Shown here: positions 57,130 to 64,000 of the stretch, piece after piece | How positions within the stretch are numbered: position 1 is the stretch's first letter | Layout: every line of letters begins with the position of its first letter | Assembly (NCBI RefSeq): GCF_009914755.1 | Contig: NC_060930.1 | Reading direction: 5' to 3' (one strand) | Source of the DNA: the human T2T-CHM13v2.0 reference genome, Homo sapiens | DNA: 64,000 nt | Made by a program: the position numbers and the translations under genes | The notes under the pieces: generated by a model | Databases searched by the model: none | What the model was told of the DNA's origin: nothing | Seen by the model: the letters and a program-made list of their open reading frames with translations, nothing else

Positions 57130-58440
57130 AGGTATGATAAAGGAGAGTAATAGGATGTTTGTAAGTTAGGTGGGGTTCGGTTTTTACAGAATTTTGTAAG
57201 GGTTCGAATTTTTATTCTTCTGCATTGGGAGCTCATTGGAAAATATTAATTAATGGTATTTCATATGGTTTCAGTTTTTAAAAAACTTTTTCTGCCTGCT
57301 CTGACTACACTGCAGTGGAACATGGAGGAAGGCTAATTTGCTTAGAAGTTGAACTAGTTTAGTACTAGTGAAGATGGAGGAAAGTAGATGAATATAGGAT
57401 TCATTTTGGAAGGAAAGTTGATAGAACTTCTTTAGGGTTTGAATGTGATGGGTACAGGGAAGTGAGAGATCAATAATGAGAGAGTTTTGGTTGGAGTTTG
57501 GTGCCACATATTGAGACTAGGAGACAGAAAAGACAATTGGAGGAAGGCAAATAAGATTTCTCCTTTAGACATGTTGAGTTTGAGGTTTCAATAAGACGTC
57601 CATGTGCATAGATCCAGTAAACTGTTGTATAACAGGCCGCTACTCATCGGAAGTTGGAAGGATAAAAGGTGGAGGTAACATTTTGGGAATTATTTTCATA
57701 AAGAAGGTGATTAAAGCCATTACTTTGGATGAGATCACCTGGGGAGAAAGTGTAGATACAAAAAAAAAGCTGAGTACTCCAACATTTAGCAACAGAGAAA
57801 TAGAGAACAGCCAGGAGGAAACAGGAGGATGAGACGTCCTAGGAACCAAGGGAAGAGGGTGACTTAAGGTGGAAGCAGTCACCTATGGAAAAGAAGAGGG
57901 CATCAAGAAGAGGGCAGAGAAATGGCCAATGGATTTAGCAAGAAGGAGGCCACTGGGGACCATAACAAGGTTAGTTTCACTGGGGTGGAGAGATGGAAGC
58001 CTGGCTGCAATGGGCCAAGGAGAGAATCTCAGCTGAGGAAGTGGGGATGGAAACATTGGTTTCAAGGGGAACAGAGGAGTAGGGCAGTAACTGGAGAGAA
58101 TTATAGGACGTAGGAGGGTTGTTATACCAAAGATGAAAGATATGAGAGAATTTTTAATGCTGAAGGGAATGGCCAAATATAAAGGGAATAATTGGTGGTA
58201 TAGTAAAGAGGAGGGTAATTTCAAGACAAAGTCTTTGAGAAGAGAGAGGGGACGGAATCCGAAGCAGCAGTGGAGGGGCTGGTCTGTGTTGGGGTGAGGC
58301 CATTGCATCTGCCTTAGGAGAAGGGAAATGCGGAGACCTCCATGGGTCTGGATGGGCCTACATTGGGAAAGAGACAAGGAAGTCTCTATGATTGATCTTA
58401 TTTTTGCAATAAACAATGAAGAGAGGTCATTGGCCAAGAG
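57130..58440 (-). mobile_element. L2 remnant
   Basis: ttagacatgttgagtttgaggt...ttaaagccattactttggatgagatcacctgggg...ggatttagcaagaaggaggccactgg. Confidence 0.8.
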
Positions 58441-59959
58441 TAAAAAGAAACTTAAGAATCAACCCATACAGGAAATTAATACCTAATTTCTTAGACTATA
58501 AATATAATCACTAACTTTAATTTTTCAAAATAAAGTCTCGCTCAATATTTTTTCTCTCTTTATGGTACAATTTTTTTCCCTCATTTTGGTCAAATCCTTC
58601 TAAGGAGAGTTTTCTAGGCAGCAAGATTTTTTGGAGGGCAAGGATCTCCTATACTTCAGATTATTAAACAAACAAATGTAAACATAAGAAAAGAAGTATT
58701 CTTTTTATATTTCACATTTCTCTGAGTTAGAATGTCTCAATTTCCATTAATTTCATTTACTGTTTTTGTGTTCGCTTAGTACTGCATTTGTGGATAACCA
58801 TGGAATCTTACTCAGAAAGATTCAAATCCAGTGTGAGTCACATTCAACTCTCCTTCTTTTTATCAGCAGCATAAAATTGGTCACATTCAAAGACTTTCAC
58901 TGAACAATGTCTACCAAAAGTAATTTGTCTACTAATTAATAGATTTGAGTTTTCTTTGTTCTTTTAGCTCTTGTGTCATATTTGCCTAAATTCTTTTATT
59001 ATTTTTAGATATTTCATGTCTTTCATTATTTAGTCATTATGAGCTTTTGTGTAATAGAATATGTTATTTACTGTATACAAGGAAACATCACCACTCTCCA
59101 GTCTCCAAACTACCACAGATGTAGATGTTTGTAAAGAAGTGTTATGCAGAGCCAAAGCCATTCAACTACATAAAGTGATTTCTTTAACTTTACAAAAGTA
59201 ATATTTTCATACCATAACCTTACTAATTTCAACCAATTCAGGAAATTTACTTCAAATATTGGAGAAATGAAATTTTGTATCATAAATAAATGAAATTTTA
59301 TTATATTTATGTCTGCAAAGTCTACATAGAGGTTGTTTAAATTAGTAGACAATATTAAATTGTTATTTCTAGCCTAAGTTTACATACATGCAATTAAAAG
59401 CAATTCGACCCTTAAAAATCTCGATCTTTTATATGTATTCATCTTTCTTTAATAATCATTAAGAATCTTGTCCATATCTATTAATTTCACTAACAAATAC
59501 TTTTTATTAACTGTCAATAGCATGGTTATACTTGTAAGGAGTCTAAAACACATATGTATATACATATATGAATTTAAAGATTAAAAATACATATGTTTAT
59601 ATATTTTAAATCGCCATTTACATGGTAATTTAAAAAATTCTTTTCTTTTTCTCTAATTATCTGCAGTAAGCATATAATACTTTTTTAACTGAAAAAAAAA
59701 CAACAGCCTCCAAAGAATGAGAGTGACTATTAAACACTTGCAAGTGCTAAAGATTCATAAAATCCAAATATTAACAATGTTGGCCTGGAGCTGGAAAGAC
59801 TGCATGCAACAGTGACAGCACATGGGGTTTCCCAGATGTCAGGTTTAAAAACAAAGCAGTAATAACCTTACCTAGTTCTAGACACAAATCTAGTCATAAA
59901 AGTAATAGTATACGTTCTTGTAATTGAGAAAAATGTGTTATTTTATAAAACAATTTTTT

Positions 59960-60358
59960 TCCTTCTTTCTTTGTTCCTTTTTACCTTCCCTTTTTCTCCT
60001 TCCTTCCTTCCTTCCTTCCTTCCTTCCCTCCCTCCCTCCCTCCCTCCCTCCCTCCCTCCCTTCCTTCCTTCCTTCCTTCCCTCCCTCCCTCCCTCCCTCC
60101 CTTCCTTCCTTCCTTCCTTCCTTCCTTCCTTCCTTCCCTCCCTCCCTCCCCTCCCTTCCTTCCTTCCTTCCCTCCCTCCCCTCCCTCCCTCCCTCCCCTC
60201 CCTTCCTTCCCCCCTTGCTTCTTTCCTCCCTCCCTCCCTCTCTCCTTCCCTTCTTCCCTCCCTCCTTCCCTCCTTCCTCCCTCCCTCCCTCCCTCCGTCC
60301 CTTCCTTCCTCCCTCCCTCCCTTCCTTTCTTCCTTTCTTCCTTCCTTCCTCCCTTCCT
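59960..60358 (+). repeat. (CCTT)n/(CCCT)n polypyrimidine simple repeat
   Basis: Includes (CCTT)7 at 59998-60025 and (CCTT)9 at 60100-60135. Confidence 0.97.
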
Positions 60359-61986
60359 TATTTCCCCACATGAGACTGGTGGCAAAGCCAGTGATCTTGG
60401 AATAGTAGACTCCTGGAGAAGAGCTTAAAGTCACGTAAGACCCTTCTTTGTCACAAAGTCCTTCGGCCAGTACTGCTCCAAGGGCGCAGTGGAAAGGAGG
60501 AAGCTCTCCGTTTAGCTTTCCCAGCATAAAACCATTTCACACTTTTCCCAGCCTCCTATGAACTCACGTCCTGAGATCCTTTCTCCCTTCTCTACCACTT
60601 GCCTTCTTCAGGGACCTGTCCTAGGATCCACAGTGCCGAAGTCACTTGAATGACAGGGGTTATGCACTTGTCTTTCAAGGTCCTGTAGAGCACTGTTTTT
60701 CAAACTCCAGGTCTCAAACCAATAATCAGCCATGAAATGAACTTGGTGGGTCCCAAGCTAGACTTTTTATAATGAAATAATAGATAATGGCTTCAGAAAG
60801 TCAGATTAGGACAAAGCAAGGTGAAAGAATGGAAATAATGGAAAGGTAAGGTGGAAGGAACATCTGGGAAGGGGTCCTCTGGCAGGTGCCAGAGAATGCA
60901 CACATGGGGAGGAAAAGGAATCCATGGAACAGAGAAAGCCTGGAATAGGAGAGGTGCTTAGGGAAGAGAACACTTAAACGCTGCCCAAAGGGCAGATCCT
61001 TTCCCTTAGGATCAGGAGTTCTAAGAGGCACTGAAGAAGCCCAGTCCCTGGGTTGCAAAAAGTAAAGAGACTATTGGCCAAGAGAGGTGAAGTAACGTGA
61101 CCAAAGTCACACGGTAGATCGGAGTCCAGGTAAGTAAATTAATATCCAAGACGGCCTTCGCTCCTGGGTTGCAGAAGGAAGGAATGCAAGTGCTCACAGC
61201 CCTGTCCTTGCTGGACAGGTCTTGTGAGGTAGGGCTCTGTCTTGGGACCTTGACCCTTTCTTTACGGGCCAGGCAATCACAGAGCAGGGCCTTGTGTTAG
61301 GAGGACTCCTCTGCATATTTTCAACTAGGTTTTGAACTCATCAGGACAAGCAGCCTTGTTGGCTTATATGTAGCAGGAGACTATTCATGGTGATGGGGCC
61401 AAAACCCTGGCTGCAAGGCACAAGGCTCCATCGCCCAGAGTCCTGGTGCAGTGCAGGCCTGCCGCCGTGGTTGCAGGATTCACTGGTCCTGGTGGGAGAT
61501 TCAGGATCCGGGCCATCACCACATCTCTTTCCCCAGAGGTGGGTAACACTGTTCCCAGCGTGGAAGGCCAGGGGCATAGAGGCTGAGGTGTGAGGGGTGG
61601 GCGAGAGCCTCCCTCTGAAAGAGCAGCTGCCCTTCCCGGGAGCCTCGCGTTGCTGGAACTGGATTCAGGTGCGAGTCACTTCAGAGACACTCTCTGTGCA
61701 TTGCACAGTGGGAGCCGCACTCTCTCTGCAGACTCTGCAAAGAGGAGCTCTGAGGTTTGGGCTGAGAGTCACTGGCCGCCCTGAAGTTTGTGGCCTCAGC
61801 TTCCTTTCCCCCTCATCATCCTGCTCCTCAGCCAGGTGTCAGGGGTTCGTGTGCTGCCCTGACCTGAGTGCCATCGTGGTTTGTGAAATCCAGCAAGTAG
61901 GAGGAATAAAGCACCCTGCAGGAGGAGCGGATGCCTCAGACCAGTGATGGGCCTCCCTGCAGCAGTGGGGAAAGGACCGTGGAACA

Positions 61987-62050
61987 GCCCAGAGCAGCAT
62001 GGATGAGGGCTGAGGCCGCGCCCAGAGCAGCATGGGTGAGGGCTGAGGCC
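61987..62050 (+). repeat. 33-bp tandem duplication
   Basis: gcccagagcagcatgg(a/g)tgagggctgaggcc x2. Confidence 0.92.
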
Positions 62051-64000
62051 ATGCCTGGACACCTCTAGCTCTGCAAAATAGTTTGTTCAGAGGCAGAGAG
62101 AAAATTGTAGTCAGCTCTTAGAGAGAACAGGCTTCAGTCATTGCTACCTAAACCAACAAAAGAACTAACAAAAAACTACACCTCGAGCCTTAGGACAACA
62201 TTGGAAACCCAGAGAAGAAGAGGGTGAACTTTAAACAAGTGTCGTTCTGGAGTCAAGTCAGGAACTGAGGAATATGTTTCCAAAAACCCGGAGGAACCTC
62301 TTATTTCAGCAAATGCTTGGGAGAGGAGGAGCAAGAACACTTTGAAAAGTAAGGCTAAGTTTTGCAGCCCCAGAATAATCTTCACAAAAATTATTACGAG
62401 GAAGCAAGGACAATGGAAATGAAGCCACAGGAAGGAGTCGGGCTCTGTCCCTGTTCGCAGAGAGCCAGCGAGGGCTGCCATGCAGGACTTCACACACCCG
62501 GGAAGGCTGGGTCTTGTGTTTTGCTTTGTTTCTTCTTAGAGAACGAGAAAGTGCCTCCCAAAGGAGACAGTCCATAAACAACACCCACAATGGCAACCTA
62601 AAATGTCTTGGGCTACCGTTGGGTTGGAGAAACATGGAGAAAAGAGAAAGGGGCTTTAAGGAATTGCAGAGTACTCAATTTTGCTGGGAGTTGCTGATTC
62701 TAAATGTGGGTTCCATTCACAGCAGCAGAGGCCACAAAAGAGAATCCACATACAATCCAGCACGGGGGCCAGGAACCTTGAATGCACGGGCTGCATGCGA
62801 TAACACCAAGGCAAGTCTAGTGAAGGCTGGAGGTGTCCCCCTGCCAATTCCGTGTTGTATTGTCAGAGGAGTGGGCACTCCAGATGCCGCTTTTCCAGAG
62901 GGAAGGCAGCCTGCCAAGACAGACCTCTTCCCAGAACATGGGGACTCCAGCATCCCAATCCGTGAATAGGATGTGTCTTTTCACTGAGTAGTAAATCTCC
63001 AGGGTGGAGCCTTGTCAAGCGGTGTGTTTTCCATGGCACCCTAGAACAGCTGAGCCAGAAAGCTGCTCTGTGGTGAATCTCCTTGAATTTCTCATCTGCC
63101 GTCTTCCTCCACCCACCACACGCTGTCCACTGCAGCCTGTTAACTGAAGGACACGTCAGAAGTGGGCTGCCTCCTAGAAACTCGGCTTTTCCTTAGAAAG
63201 CAGTTGTTTGCATTGTGGGTTGATCCAGTGGACACATTTTGGGTTTGGAGCTGTGTGTCCAAAATGGCAATGAAGATCTGGAGAAAGGTGCTTCTCTGTA
63301 GAAAGCTGTGTCTTGGTAATTCATGGAAATGTTGAAAAAAAAAATGGAACACAAAAGTCAAACTTGATTTAATCGATTTGAGAGGAATTGAAGGTGCCAC
63401 ATCAGTCCAGGGAAAAGGAACTGCACTGCGGACTTTGAAGAGCCTGACTTTACACACTCCCAGGGCCCCTGGCTGGGGCTGTGCCACACAAAGGAAGAAA
63501 GGAGGAAAAGAGAGGCCATGAAGTTACCTTGGGTTTTGAGTACTCTGTGGGCAGGTCTTGAGCTGGCAATGGGAGCCACTTAGATAAGAAATTGTACAAA
63601 GTTACAGCACATTTTTATATTGCTCGCTGTGTTAGTTGCTGTCTGTTGGACTCGGACACCGTAGCTTAGGACAAATAGGAGATACAATAGAAAATGGCTT
63701 CCTGGTTTTACGCATATTATGGCTGCAGGATAATAATTGAAGCAATGGCCTGATACGTCACAGAGGTGGCTGGGAGTGACATTAACAAGGCATTCATAGC
63801 AGAGTTTGAGGGATGTAACTGGCTGCCCCATTGGTTCCAGGTGGAAGCATCAGAAAGCGAATTGCTCCTCCCCGGGTGGTGCCAGGCCTGCAGGCAGCTT
63901 CTCACCTGCTCCTCTTGCCTAGCACAAGGGCTTCCCAAGGGTGGGAACAGTCCCTCTTCTGGCTTCTCACTTAGCTCAGAGCCAAATGCCTTAGACCAGC

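Noticed and set aside
59924-60527. Four ORFs of 134-194 aa (PSFL/EGRK repeats)
   Set aside because: Translations of the (CCTT)n/(CCCT)n simple repeat

Overview
Primate (most likely human) non-coding genomic DNA, intergenic or intronic. I found no credible protein-coding exon, RNA gene or CRISPR array, and I cannot name the locus. The long ORFs in the track are explained by a CpG island, Alu, L1, L3/CR1 or simple repeats. Contents: a ~1.5 kb CpG island (~7.9-9.5 kb) with a (GAAT)n tract and a G16 run; two strong CTCF motifs in divergent orientation; a decayed ~6.2 kb L1MA-type element; ten Alu copies plus a free left monomer; MaLR LTRs (MLT1, THE1/MST); DNA transposons (MER82, MER2, MER5A); and L2, L3 and MIR remnants. 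The most notable signal is structural: two old complex insertions built from copies of nearby sequence. (1) Inside L1 ORF1, 19986-20630 joins a direct copy of 21103-21303 to an inverted copy of 16347-17098 that lacks the Alu now present in the donor. (2) Inside an L2 remnant, 52224-52772 joins inverted copies of 53666-53861 and 51352-51707. Both look like fossil multi-step template-switch repair events, and several smaller local duplications occur nearby. Repeat subfamily names come from recalled consensus sequences and need confirming with RepeatMasker/Dfam.
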